The notes under the pieces: model-generated
Told to the model about the DNA's origin: nothing
The model's database searches: none
Seen by the model: only the letters and a program-made list of their open reading frames with translations
Program-made: the position numbers and the translations under genes
Shown here: positions 41,560 through 50,685 of the stretch, one piece after another
Layout: every line of letters begins with the position of its first letter
Position numbering within the stretch: the stretch's first letter is position 1
Virus record (IMG/VR): IMGVR_UViG_3300005439_000019
Span: 9,805-73,804 of that record
DNA from: a virus
Reading direction: 5' to 3' (one strand)
DNA length: 64,000 nt

Positions 41560-42021
41560 CTACTCGTAGTGGCTGAAGCGGGCGTCGTACGGGTTGTCCG
41601 CGATCCACCGCTTCGCCGTCCCTGCGGTGCCCTCCGGGTCGCCCGCCGCAGCCGCGCGCTGCCACTGCTCGCCCATCGCCCGCACCACGTGCGGGTGCCG
41701 CAGCTCCCTGAAGGCGTTAGCGGCGACGCTGTGGTCATGGGGGCCGAGGTCGGACCAGACAGCCCCGCCCGTCGGGTCACCGGGGTGGAGGGCCATCATG
41801 TGCCACCTGTTGCTCTCGGCGTCCAGGTGGAAGCCGATCTTGTGCCCGGTTTCCAGGCGCAGGTTGTCATCGGGCCAGTACTCCCTGCCCGGGTGCAGGC
41901 CGTGCGCCTGGAGCTGCTCCTCCACCCGGTTGGTGCGCTCCTGCAACTCGCCGAACGGGATAGCCCACGTCCCCCGGTGCCCCCGGTAGTGGTACGGGTA
42001 AGCGTTCTCGCCGTAAATCAT
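41560..42021 (-). CDS. His-rich paralogue family member 1 (153 aa)
   Basis: Frame of track ORF 41560..42168 from MIYGEN after a GGAGGA SD. Motifs LETGHKIGFH, LHPGDP, HPHVVRAMGEQWQRA shared with the three upstream paralogues. Confidence 0.45.
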   Translation of the reverse strand: MIYGENAYPYHYRGHRGTWAIPFGELQERTNRVEEQLQAHGLHPGREYWPDDNLRLETGHKIGFHLDAESNRWHMMALHPGDPTGGAVWSDLGPHDHSVAANAFRELRHPHVVRAMGEQWQRAAAAGDPEGTAGTAKRWIADNPYDARFSHYE

Positions 42022-42194
42022 CAGGGTCCTCCGCGTCGAGGATCGCCTGCGCCAGCTCGCGCCACCCGGCCCAGGTGCGAGCGGGGTGGAGGATGATCCA
42101 CTGGCCGTCGCAGTGGCTGGTGAACTCGGGGATGCCGTCAGCGCCGAGGAGGCGGCGGCCGGAATCACCGGATGGCTGGAGGCTGCTCACGCTG

Positions 42195-42647
42195 TCATCC
42201 TTCCGGTTCCTGCTCGGGGTAGTGGGCGAAGACGTGGGAGGTGACCTGCGGGTAGGGCCGCCTCTGGTCACTGATCCCGTGCGGGGTGCCGTTGGCGTAG
42301 GCGCGCTGCATCTGCTCGCCCATCGCCCGCACCACATCCCGGTGGTGCAGCTCCTGAATCGCCCGGTGCTGGACCAGGTGATCGGTCATGCCCAGGTCCG
42401 ACTCGATCATCGTGTTGTCCGGGTCACCGTGGTGGTGGACCTCCATCCTCCAGCGGCCCGTTTGCGGGCTCAACTGGAAGTGGGCGAAGTGCCCGGTCTC
42501 CATCGGCATGACGAAGGGCCAGTCCTTGTCGGTCATCCCGGAGTCCTGCATGCCGCCGAGCACTGTCCCGTTGCGCCGCTTCAGCTCCCCGTGGGAGAGG
42601 TTCTCGCCTGGGCGCACGTAGTCGTCGGGGGGTTCCTGCCAGGGCAT
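42195..42647 (-). CDS. His-rich paralogue family member 2
   Basis: Frame of track ORF 42195..43019 from MPWQEPP; METGHFAHF, HHHGDP, HRDVVRAMGEQMQRA; TGATG overlap with the upstream gene. Confidence 0.45.
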   Translation of the reverse strand: MPWQEPPDDYVRPGENLSHGELKRRNGTVLGGMQDSGMTDKDWPFVMPMETGHFAHFQLSPQTGRWRMEVHHHGDPDNTMIESDLGMTDHLVQHRAIQELHHRDVVRAMGEQMQRAYANGTPHGISDQRRPYPQVTSHVFAHYPEQEPEG

Positions 42648-43057
42648 CAGACCTCGAACTTCCTGTACCAGCGGGGCTCCGGCTGGCCACGGTGCTGCAT
42701 CATCTCGCGCATCGAGGCCATGACCCCCGGGTGGCGCAGCATGGCGTGGACGGACTCGCCGAGCCGGGAGTGGTCGCCGCCGAGGTCGCCGTGCTCGACC
42801 TGGAGGATGCGCGAGAGGGCGGGCCGGTCGTCCTCGTGGGTGACGTACGACGTCCACTGGCCGTCCTCGCCGCCGAGCAGCGTCTCGACGTGGTGGCCGG
42901 TGTCGTAGGTGGCCCCGGGCTGCTCGTTCTCGGGGTGGCTGCGGGGGAGCAGGCCGTGCGCCTTCATTGAGCGCACGCCCTCGGCGATGCCCTGCACGTG
43001 CTCGTCCTCGCCCATCCACCGGCCGGCAGCGCGCCGTACCGCCTCGAAGGCTCCCAT
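42647..43057 (-). CDS. His-rich paralogue family member 3
   Basis: ORF track; YDTGHHVETL, HGDLGGDH, HPGVMASMREMMQHR. Confidence 0.45.
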   Translation of the reverse strand: MGAFEAVRRAAGRWMGEDEHVQGIAEGVRSMKAHGLLPRSHPENEQPGATYDTGHHVETLLGGEDGQWTSYVTHEDDRPALSRILQVEHGDLGGDHSRLGESVHAMLRHPGVMASMREMMQHRGQPEPRWYRKFEV

Positions 43058-43707
43058 CAGCGCCCCCGCGTCATGTCGAGGAGCAGCCGGTTCCCCGTCT
43101 GGGCCGGGCCGCGCCCCTGCGCCCGGTCCATCTGGTCGCGCATGTGGCCCAGGACGTCCGGCCGCCTGAACATGCCGTGCAGCAGCGGGCCGACGTGCTC
43201 AGGAACCTCGCCGAGGTGCGCCTCCACGACGTGGCCCTGGTCCCCTTGCGGGTGCCAAACCTGGACGTGGAAGCCAGGCCGGGGGTCCGCGCCGAACAGC
43301 CCCTCGTTCTCCTCGCGGCCTCGTGGCCCCACGTGGTACAGCCACATCTTGTGCCCGGTGTCGAGTCGCATCTGGGAGTCGGGGAAGCCGTGCTCGGCGA
43401 GCGAGTCCTTCATCCGGTCCCAGTCCCCACCGTCGCCGAAGACGTCCCTCGGGTCGTCTATGTTCCTCACTGCGGTGAACCTGGGGCTGCGGGAAGCGTC
43501 TGGCGAACCGCGCCATTCTGGCTCATGGTCACGGTGGTCCTCCTCGTGCATGTGCATCAGCACGTGCAGCGGGAGCATCCCCGCCACCCCGAGCTGGTGG
43601 GTGCCGTCCATGTGGGCGCGCAGCTCCGCCAGGTCCCGCAGGGGCTCGTGCCCCTCGGGGACCGCCGTGCGGATGAACGCCTCCGCCAGGCGAAGGCTAG
43701 TAGTCAT
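43057..43707 (-). CDS. His-rich paralogue family member 4 (216 aa)
   Basis: ORF track; LDTGHKMWLYH, WHPQGDQGH, RPDVLGHMRDQMDRA. Confidence 0.45.
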   Translation of the reverse strand: MTTSLRLAEAFIRTAVPEGHEPLRDLAELRAHMDGTHQLGVAGMLPLHVLMHMHEEDHRDHEPEWRGSPDASRSPRFTAVRNIDDPRDVFGDGGDWDRMKDSLAEHGFPDSQMRLDTGHKMWLYHVGPRGREENEGLFGADPRPGFHVQVWHPQGDQGHVVEAHLGEVPEHVGPLLHGMFRRPDVLGHMRDQMDRAQGRGPAQTGNRLLLDMTRGR

Positions 43708-44872
43708 CGCCGATCCCGTGCTGGCGCAGCCAGTCCTGGTCGCCGAGGTGGATGTCCTCGCCGTACTCGCCCTCCAGGTCGGGGTGCACGTGCTCCAGGC
43801 GGGCGTCGGCGTGCTCGTTGCGGTGCGTGTCGTCGATCACCCAGTCCGGGTCGTCAGGCGTATCGACGAACCCGTGCCGGTCCCTCATGTGCCGCCGCAG
43901 CTCGCCCTCGCTCATTTCATCGTGGCTGGGATCTACGCGCACGGCGGCCCTACCGAAAGGGCGGCGGCCCCTGGAAGCCTGGCGGGACGGGGTGCCCTGA
44001 AGGCGCTGCGGGGCAGCGTTCCACCACTCGCCGGGAGCATCCTGGGGCATGCCCGGCTGGCCGCCCGCGTGGCCCGGGGTGGTGGAGTCGATGAACGACC
44101 TGGCGAGGCCGGTGCCGAGCTGGCGCTCCGCCTCGGCGTGCGGGTCGCTGCCCTGGCCGAGGTGCATGTAGTGGACCTGCTGGTAGGCAGGGTGGCGGAT
44201 GACGCCGTACCAGTCGCCGCCCATGCGCCCGACCGACACCTGGTGCCCGGTGGGCAGGGTGCGGTAAACGGCCTCCCCGGTCGCCGCAGCGCGCCGGGTG
44301 CCCCCCTCGGCGCGCAGCCGGGCCATGACCCGGGGGTCAGCGCCGGACAGCCGGACGGCCAGGTGGCGGACAAGCTGCGCTTCGGTGAGAGACTGCCCCT
44401 CAAGGCCACGGAAACGAGCAGATTCCTTCTTGTTCTTCCCCTTACCGGACTTCTCGTCCTTCTTCGGGGGAAACGGCGTATCGTCGTCACCGCCATCATC
44501 GCCAGGCGGAAGTTCCTCACCGTCCGGCGGGATACCCTCAGGCCCGCCTTCCGCTGCGGCATCACCGGGAGGCGGGCCTTCCCCGTCTGCGGGCATGCCG
44601 TCAGGCCCGACCATGGCGGGGTCGAGCAGCCCGCCGTCCGGGCCGGTGTCGGAGGGGGCTCCGGGACCCATCGGCATCTGGGGCATCCCGGGGAACGCCG
44701 GCTGGACGCGGACGATGTAGTTCTGCCCGCAGAAGTCGCAGCCGATCGTGCCGTCGGAGCGGCCGACCACCTGGCCAGAGCCGCAGAACGGGCAGTGGCT
44801 GGTGACCAGCGGGTCGCCGGGGTCATGGGCTGTCCTGCGGCCGACGCCGCGCGGCCGGGTGCTCGTGTTCAT
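43697..44872 (-). CDS. zinc-ribbon protein with long Pro/Gly/Asp-rich linker (391 aa)
   Basis: ORF track; N-terminal CPFCGSGQ...CDFCG; low-complexity middle; conserved-looking C-terminus. Confidence 0.45.
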   Translation of the reverse strand: MNTSTRPRGVGRRTAHDPGDPLVTSHCPFCGSGQVVGRSDGTIGCDFCGQNYIVRVQPAFPGMPQMPMGPGAPSDTGPDGGLLDPAMVGPDGMPADGEGPPPGDAAAEGGPEGIPPDGEELPPGDDGGDDDTPFPPKKDEKSGKGKNKKESARFRGLEGQSLTEAQLVRHLAVRLSGADPRVMARLRAEGGTRRAAATGEAVYRTLPTGHQVSVGRMGGDWYGVIRHPAYQQVHYMHLGQGSDPHAEAERQLGTGLARSFIDSTTPGHAGGQPGMPQDAPGEWWNAAPQRLQGTPSRQASRGRRPFGRAAVRVDPSHDEMSEGELRRHMRDRHGFVDTPDDPDWVIDDTHRNEHADARLEHVHPDLEGEYGEDIHLGDQDWLRQHGIGDDY

Positions 44873-44896
44873 GGGGCCTCCTGCCCCTTCCGAGCG

Positions 44897-45112
44897 TCAC
44901 AGCGCGACCTCCCCGCCGGCCATGTCCGAAAGGCGGAGCCCCTTGGCGTTGCGGTACCCCTCGGCCCACGTCATCGCCTCCTGGCCGAGGTGGTCAGCGA
45001 GCGCCTTCCTCGCCCCGGCGAACGTGCCGAAGACGCGCTCGCCGTCTACCGGGTCCTCGGTTTCCGCGATCCCGCCCGTGGCATTCGACCCGGACCACCA
45101 CCTGTAGTTCAT
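44897..45112 (-). CDS. hypothetical small protein
   Basis: ORF track. Confidence 0.35.
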   Translation of the reverse strand: MNYRWWSGSNATGGIAETEDPVDGERVFGTFAGARKALADHLGQEAMTWAEGYRNAKGLRLSDMAGGEVAL

Positions 45113-45140
45113 GCCCCGATTCTATGCTGCTCTCTTGGAA

Positions 45141-45164
45141 ATATACAGCTTTTCTTGATAAGCT
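45141..45164 (+). promoter_or_regulatory. conserved promoter/operator motif (copy 6); leaderless start of the long plus-strand operon
   Basis: TATACAGCTTTTCTTGATAAGCTG-cgggaATG. The TAAGCT -10 element lies 6 nt before the ATG. Confidence 0.5.
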
Positions 45165-45169
45165 GCGGG

Positions 45170-45554
45170 AATGAGCGTGAAGAGCAGGAACGGCTCATGG
45201 AAGGGGCCTACGAGCATGAGTGAGACTAGCCAGGAGCCGGGCGGGTTCAGCGTCGCGGTGGTCACCGGCTTCAGCCCGGTCGAGATCTCGATCCAGCACC
45301 TCGTCCTGGACATCGACCCGGACGACTTCTTCACCACCGACAACATGCCGCGCGGACGGGACTACGGGTTCGACGCGGTAGACGTCGGCTACGCCATCGA
45401 GGACGCCGGGTACGAGCCGACCTCCGACCTCCAGTGGACAGGCACCCACTGGGCCTACGTCGTGCAGCCGAAGACAGACCCGGCCGGTGACCCGCGCTAC
45501 CACCCCGGGAAGCTCCCGCCGCTCAGGGCGTGGGAGCAGGGCGGCTACGAGTGA
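45170..45554 (+). CDS. hypothetical protein
   Basis: ORF track. Confidence 0.45.
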
Positions 45555-45838
45555 CTAGCCGGCAGCCGGAGCGCACGCTCGTCTTCAGGTACGACGGTGA
45601 CGGGCGCTGCTGGTTCTCCGCCCCTCAGGCGGACGTGACGGGCATGCGGTACCCGGCCCGCTGCACCCGGTGCGGGCACGTCTACGACCTGGCCGCGCTG
45701 CGGAACGTCCTGCGGTACGCCGAGTGCGACGTCTGGAGCTGCCCAGGCTGCCGGGTCACCGTCAGCGACCGCACCGGGTCGCCCGATCATCACTACACCG
45801 AACTCGGTGCCGACGGTTACGAGAAGAGGCCATCATGA
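45551..45838 (+). CDS. Cys-rich zinc-binding protein (95 aa)
   Basis: GTGA overlap; frame of track ORF 45530..45838; CTRCGHVYD...CPGC. Confidence 0.4.
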   Translation: MTSRQPERTLVFRYDGDGRCWFSAPQADVTGMRYPARCTRCGHVYDLAALRNVLRYAECDVWSCPGCRVTVSDRTGSPDHHYTELGADGYEKRPS

Positions 45839-46461
45839 AGCCCAGGACCGTGCAGGAGAGGCTGGACGCGGCGGGCGGCCTGCCGGCGCTCGAAGAGGCC
45901 GTCGGCATCCCGGCGGCGCAGTGGGGCGGCAACTGCCACGGGATCTCCCTGGCGGTGCTGAAGAGCGGTCTGCTCGGCTCGGGGCGGGTAGCGCGCGGCA
46001 CAGCGCGCGGGGTGACCAGCCAGCACTCGTGGATCATCCTCGGGGACGAGCCGCTGCCCAGCGTTTACAGCGAGGAGTCGGTGATCGCCGACCCGACGAT
46101 CTTCAGCTACGAGCGACGGGACCCGTACGTCCTGGTCAAGCAGAACCTGATGCACACCCACTGGCCGCACGGGGCCGGGGACATCTGGACGCAGGGCGGC
46201 CCGCCTCCCGAGCCGACGGGGAAGCTGATCGAGCTGGAAGGCTACGAGGGCCTGTCCGAGCTGGCCAGGTCCTTCCTGGAGCTGTGCGGCTACCCGCTGG
46301 ACTACCGGGGCTGGGCGCACCTCGTGCACGGCCCGGCCGAGGGGTGGCCCTGCGGGGAGATCGTCACCGCCATGTGCGCCACGAAGGAGCTGGCCGTCGT
46401 CACGCCGATCGACGTCATCGGCATGACCACCGAACTCAACCCGAAGGGGCTGTACTGGTGA
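45835..46461 (+). CDS. hypothetical protein (208 aa)
   Basis: ATGA overlap; frame of track ORF 45670..46461 from MKPRTVQERL. Confidence 0.45.
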   Translation: MKPRTVQERLDAAGGLPALEEAVGIPAAQWGGNCHGISLAVLKSGLLGSGRVARGTARGVTSQHSWIILGDEPLPSVYSEESVIADPTIFSYERRDPYVLVKQNLMHTHWPHGAGDIWTQGGPPPEPTGKLIELEGYEGLSELARSFLELCGYPLDYRGWAHLVHGPAEGWPCGEIVTAMCATKELAVVTPIDVIGMTTELNPKGLYW

Positions 46462-46601
46462 CCCGGTGGGACTCGGCGGTCAGCGCCGAGGCGTGGAACG
46501 ACCTGGTGAAGCGCTACCGGGAAGCCGGGGGAGCGAACGCCAGCGACTTCGACCTGGCGGAGATAGTGCGGCAGAAGGTGGAGGAGGTGGAAGGCGAGTG
46601 A
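46459..46601 (+). CDS. hypothetical small protein (47 aa)
   Basis: GTGA overlap; frame of track ORF 45807..46601. Confidence 0.3.
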
Positions 46602-46984
46602 GCGGGACCGAGGACGAGCTGAAGGGCCTCGTCGAGGAGGCCATGCACCTGTGCGTCAACGGGGAGCGCGCCCCCGGGGGGAACGAGACCTGGGCGGCAT
46701 GGCACCTGAAGGCCGAGCGGCTCCTGCGCAGCCTCCAGCCGCTGGCGCGCGAGGAGCAGCGGCTGCTGACTGTCGACGAGCGCCTGATGGCCCGGCACTA
46801 CCTCCAGGAGCTGAAGGAAGGCGTGCCCGGGGTACGCGACGCCATGGAGCCGTACACCGGGGTCGTGAGGATCACCGACGAGGCCTGGTACGGCCAGTGG
46901 GCGGCCCTGACCAGGAACCTCGACTACTTCACTGAGGAGGTCGTCCGGAAGAGGCGGCCCGCAACCCCCTACGGGAGGATCTGA
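46598..46984 (+). CDS. hypothetical protein
   Basis: GTGA overlap; frame of track ORF 46466..46984. Confidence 0.4.
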   Translation: MSGTEDELKGLVEEAMHLCVNGERAPGGNETWAAWHLKAERLLRSLQPLAREEQRLLTVDERLMARHYLQELKEGVPGVRDAMEPYTGVVRITDEAWYGQWAALTRNLDYFTEEVVRKRRPATPYGRI

Positions 46985-47283
46985 TGCCCAAGGTAATTCC
47001 CCCGTGCCCGGCGGCCGAGGACGCCCTGTGCCAGGCGATGGTCCGGGCGGTGGAGACGCTGGGCGAGCCCGGGGTACTCACCGGGGCCTCGTTCGGCCGG
47101 TTCACCGACCCGGCCGAGGGCTGGCACTGGGAGCTGGAGGTCAGCCGCCGGATCACCTCCGACCACCCGCACCTGAGGCGCGACAGCGACAACCTGGACC
47201 GCCGCACCAGGATGATCATCACGGCGTGGCAGCGTGACGTGGCCCGGTACCGGCAGGACTTCACGCCGGCCGAGGCAGGGTAA
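46984..47283 (+). CDS. hypothetical protein
   Basis: ORF track; TGATG overlap. Confidence 0.4.
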   Translation: MPKVIPPCPAAEDALCQAMVRAVETLGEPGVLTGASFGRFTDPAEGWHWELEVSRRITSDHPHLRRDSDNLDRRTRMIITAWQRDVARYRQDFTPAEAG

Positions 47284-48096
47284 ATGACCCGCAGGAGGAT
47301 TATCGCCGGGTGCGAGTGCTCCGGGATGGTGGCGAACGCCTTCGCCGAGCTGCTCGGCTGGGAGGCATACTCCTGGGACACCGAGCCGGGCGAGATGCCG
47401 GACCGGGACTACCCGAATGGCGGAACCTACCGGCATGTCCAGGGCAACATCCTCGACGACCCGGAGGCGGGCACGCTCGGGGCGTTCAACTGGTATCACC
47501 CGGTGAACCGCCAGCGGGCGCAGGAGGCTGACGAGGCCGAGAGCGCACGCGGCGAGAGCATCCCGCTGTGGGACTTCGGGGCATTCTTCCCGCCGTGCAC
47601 CCACCTGAGCCAGGCGGGCGCGGTGTGGTGGAAGCACAAGGACGCCACCCGGGGCGGCGACGGCCGGATGCAGGAGGGCGCGGCGTTCTTCATGCAGATG
47701 GTGAAGCTGGGCCGCGCCACGTGCACGTACTCCGCCGTGGAGAACCCGGTCGGGGTGATGGGCCTGCCCAGCCAGTCGTGCTACTACCGGCGGCCCGACC
47801 AGGTGGTGCAGCCGCACATGTTCGGCGACCCGCTGATCAAGGCGACGTGCTTCTGGCTGGAAGGGCTGCCCCTCCTGACCGCCGACAGGCCGGTCGAGCC
47901 GACCGGACGGGTGGCGACCGGCGGCGGGAGCTGGCGCACCGACCAGCGTCACGGGCGCGGGGCGAACAACGGCCACGAGGACGCCAAGGGCCGCAGGTTC
48001 CGGCAGCGCGAGCGCAACCGGACCCTGCCCGGCCTGGCCAGGGTGATGGCCGAGCAGTGGGGCACGTGGATCGAGTCGCAGGAGCGCGCCGCGTGA
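47284..48096 (+). CDS. DNA (cytosine-5) methyltransferase-like (orphan, compact)
   Basis: ORF track; motif IV-like FPPCTHLSQAG and ENV-like AVENPVGVMG. Confidence 0.5.
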   Translation: MTRRRIIAGCECSGMVANAFAELLGWEAYSWDTEPGEMPDRDYPNGGTYRHVQGNILDDPEAGTLGAFNWYHPVNRQRAQEADEAESARGESIPLWDFGAFFPPCTHLSQAGAVWWKHKDATRGGDGRMQEGAAFFMQMVKLGRATCTYSAVENPVGVMGLPSQSCYYRRPDQVVQPHMFGDPLIKATCFWLEGLPLLTADRPVEPTGRVATGGGSWRTDQRHGRGANNGHEDAKGRRFRQRERNRTLPGLARVMAEQWGTWIESQERAA

Positions 48097-48332
48097 GCGC
48101 CGGGGTGTTCAAGGACTGCCATCTCACCTGCGACAGGTGCGGCCGGAGGGTATTCGGCTCTCAGGTCGGGCTCGGCGACGGGATGACCGTGACCGACCTG
48201 CGCAAGGTCCTGAAGCGGTCAGGGTGGCTGACCGGGGTGGAGAACGCCGAGCCTCAGGAGGACGGGTCGGTGCTGCGCGGCCCGCGCCTCGACTACTGCG
48301 GCCCGTGCAAGCAAGAGGAGGCAAGGACGTGA
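48093..48332 (+). CDS. zinc-ribbon protein
   Basis: GTGA overlap; CHLTCDRCG...CGPC. Confidence 0.35.
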   Translation: MSAGVFKDCHLTCDRCGRRVFGSQVGLGDGMTVTDLRKVLKRSGWLTGVENAEPQEDGSVLRGPRLDYCGPCKQEEART

Positions 48333-48868
48333 CGATGCAGGACAACCCACGGAAGCCGAGCCGGCTGCTGATGCTGGCGGGGCACTACACCCCGGTGGCG
48401 TTCATCGCGCTGGCTGCGATGGCGCTCGCGGACGAGGCGACGGGCAGGCACCCCGGGCTGCTGCGCGACATCACCTACGTGGCGGGGGCCGCGTGGCTGC
48501 TCTCGTTCTACGCAGACGAGGGGTACCACTCGCGCGGGCTGTGCTGGCGGTGCGCGAGGCACGCCCCCGCTAACCCGGATGCGTCGGTGGCCAGGTGGCG
48601 GCGTGCCCTGTGGCTGCACCACAAGCCGGGGCTGGTTCTCCTGGCCGGGGCGCTCCCGGTGGCCGTCCTCCTGCTGGGCAGTCACTTCCCCCGGTGGCTG
48701 AGCGTAGCGTCCGACGTCTGCATCCTCGTCGTGGCGGGCTCGGCGTTCTGGTCGGGCATCATGCACCGCCGGCTGCGGCCGTGGTGCCCGTGGTGCAAGC
48801 CGTGGGACGAGGGCGGCGACAGCGAGGCCGTGCCGGACCCGGAGCCTGACCCGGCGGTGGCGCGGTGA
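48329..48868 (+). CDS. membrane protein with Cys cluster
   Basis: Frame of track ORF 48137..48868; four TM helices; CWRCARH...CPWC. Confidence 0.4.
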   Translation: MTMQDNPRKPSRLLMLAGHYTPVAFIALAAMALADEATGRHPGLLRDITYVAGAAWLLSFYADEGYHSRGLCWRCARHAPANPDASVARWRRALWLHHKPGLVLLAGALPVAVLLLGSHFPRWLSVASDVCILVVAGSAFWSGIMHRRLRPWCPWCKPWDEGGDSEAVPDPEPDPAVAR

Positions 48869-49173
48869 GGGCCTGGGCGCTGCTGCGCTACGACAGGACC
48901 CAGGCGCAGATGGACCTCTCCGGGACGTACCTGGGTCCCGGCGAGGCGGCCGACGCGGCGGACGGGTTCGGCGCGAAGGCGAAGTGGGGCTCCTGGCGCG
49001 AGCGCGAGGAGACCGACCTGGTGACAGCCGACTGGGTACTGGACCGCGAGGGCGTCACCTGGTACATCGTCCCCACCGAGGTGCACCCCGCTCGCGGCTG
49101 GTGGGCGGTGCAGCGCGCCATGAACCTGGCACGGGACTGCCTGCGGGCCATCGTGAAGGGCGGTACGCGGTGA
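48865..49173 (+). CDS. hypothetical protein
   Basis: ORF track. Confidence 0.4.
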   Translation: MRAWALLRYDRTQAQMDLSGTYLGPGEAADAADGFGAKAKWGSWREREETDLVTADWVLDREGVTWYIVPTEVHPARGWWAVQRAMNLARDCLRAIVKGGTR

Positions 49174-49511
49174 GGAGGAGGGACCTGAAGGGCGAGCGCG
49201 GGAAGCGCGACCCGGCCGTGGAGACGGCGGTGGGGCTCCTCGGCCACGTGGCCGACCTTCCGGCAGGCGAGCAGCTCAGGGCCGCAGTCGAGCTGCTCCA
49301 GATGATGGGGTTCGTCCCGACGCCGGAGGCGGAGGCCAGGAAGCGGGTGCCCGCTCCCCAGGTGGTGCCGGGCAAGCGGACGACCATGCTCCGGGGGCTC
49401 AGGGAGCCGGTGTCGGCCTGCTGCGGCGCGGAGATGGAGACGGCGGGGACCGTGACCCGGTACTACGTGTGCACCCGGTGCGACATGCCCTGTGACGCAA
49501 AGGCTTCCTAA
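49170..49511 (+). CDS. hypothetical protein (C-terminal CxxC)
   Basis: GTGA overlap; frame of track ORF 48984..49511. Confidence 0.35.
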   Translation: MRRRDLKGERGKRDPAVETAVGLLGHVADLPAGEQLRAAVELLQMMGFVPTPEAEARKRVPAPQVVPGKRTTMLRGLREPVSACCGAEMETAGTVTRYYVCTRCDMPCDAKAS

Positions 49512-49512
49512 A

Positions 49513-49538
49513 ATACAGCTTTCCTTGATAAGCTGTAT
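49513..49538 (+). promoter_or_regulatory. conserved promoter/operator motif (copy 7, full palindrome)
   Basis: ATACAGCTTTCCTTGATAAGCTGTAT followed by a GGGAGGG SD and the GTG at 49565. Confidence 0.5.
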
Positions 49539-49564
49539 TCAGCAACCCCAGGGAGGGCCAGGAC

Positions 49565-49897
49565 GTGAACGCGAAGATGCGGGAGCTGGTGCACCGGGCG
49601 GTGGTCGACGCGCTCATCGCGGGCGGCTCCCCGGTCGACCAGGGCAGGCACTCCTACGGCTGGATCGACGGCCGGTACGCGGAGCTGCGCATCCACATGG
49701 CCCACTGCCCCCCGGTCTACGAGGCGTGCACCTGGTACGACTCCTCGTGGAGCGAGTTCCAGGGCACCTTCGACCCGCCCGCCGACATGAAGGGCATCGA
49801 CCTGAAGCTGGCCTGCCGGTGCGGGCTGCTGACCGGGCGGACATGGCGGTACTCCGGCGGCTACGCGGACCTGATCCGCGCGATCACGGGAGAGTGA
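49565..49897 (+). CDS. hypothetical protein
   Basis: ORF track. Confidence 0.45.
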   Translation: MNAKMRELVHRAVVDALIAGGSPVDQGRHSYGWIDGRYAELRIHMAHCPPVYEACTWYDSSWSEFQGTFDPPADMKGIDLKLACRCGLLTGRTWRYSGGYADLIRAITGE

Positions 49898-49898
49898 C

Positions 49899-50153
49899 GT
49901 GCCTGGCTCCCGGGCGGACCGCGAGGTCCCGTGGCACCGCTGGTCCTACGAGGAGGAGCCGCGCCGGGCGACTGAGCGGTACTGCCTGTTCTGCGGTATC
50001 GAGTGCCGCCGGGGGTCAGCCGCCGCTTCGTGGAAGAAGGACGTCGAGGTGAGGCCGCGCGGCGGGGAGTGGACCCAGGTCCCGTCCCTGCCGCCGTGCA
50101 CGTCGCAGGGGGAGTCCATCCGGTACTACCGATGGGAGGAGAGGGCACAGTGA
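49899..50153 (+). CDS. Cys-containing hypothetical protein
   Basis: ORF track. Confidence 0.4.
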   Translation: MPGSRADREVPWHRWSYEEEPRRATERYCLFCGIECRRGSAAASWKKDVEVRPRGGEWTQVPSLPPCTSQGESIRYYRWEERAQ

Positions 50154-50347
50154 ACGACCGGCTGGCGAGGGTGATCGAGGAGAACGCGGAGCGGGTCCGC
50201 AGGCTGGTGCCACCGCCTTACCGGGCGGGGCGCACGCGCGTCGTCTACGACACCGCCCGGTACATGCACGAGCAGGACAGCGGCCTGACCGACGAGCAGA
50301 TCGTGCTCGTCTTCACGGCGCTGGCCTGGGCGTCAGAGCAGCAGTAA
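50150..50347 (+). CDS. hypothetical protein (65 aa)
   Basis: GTGA overlap; frame of track ORF 50003..50347. Confidence 0.35.
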   Translation: MNDRLARVIEENAERVRRLVPPPYRAGRTRVVYDTARYMHEQDSGLTDEQIVLVFTALAWASEQQ

Positions 50348-50388
50348 GCCGCCCGTCCGGGCGGGACGATCAATCACAGGAGGACGCA

Positions 50389-50685
50389 GTGAGCAGGTTC
50401 TACGGGACGATGACGAACAGCCGGGGCCGTGACGTGACGGCCATGAGCCCGGACTTCGCCCATCTCTGCGGGTGGAACGCCGGGGTCAAGGTCATGCCGT
50501 TCGAGGCGGGCGACAAGAAGCACCCGGTCGACGGGTTCCAGGTCTGGATGACCTACGGCAGCAACGGCAACGGGTCAGCGAAGCTGCTCGGCGTCGTCTA
50601 CGACACCGCCGACGGGCCGCAGTTCGTGGCCGCCGGCGACGAGATGACGGAGGACGCCTACGACAGCGCCGAGGTGCCCGGGTGA
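50389..50685 (+). CDS. hypothetical protein
   Basis: ORF track. Confidence 0.4.
   Translation: MSRFYGTMTNSRGRDVTAMSPDFAHLCGWNAGVKVMPFEAGDKKHPVDGFQVWMTYGSNGNGSAKLLGVVYDTADGPQFVAAGDEMTEDAYDSAEVPG

Noticed and set aside
31111-45223. Large ORFs 31111..33585 (+), 39315..41462 (+), 42998..45223 (+), 39013..40065 (-)
   Set aside because: Antisense or out-of-frame relative to the SWIM protein, portal and paralogue genes. Only the 3' 68 codons of 39013..40065 (Cys-rich, high GC3) were kept as a separate small gene.
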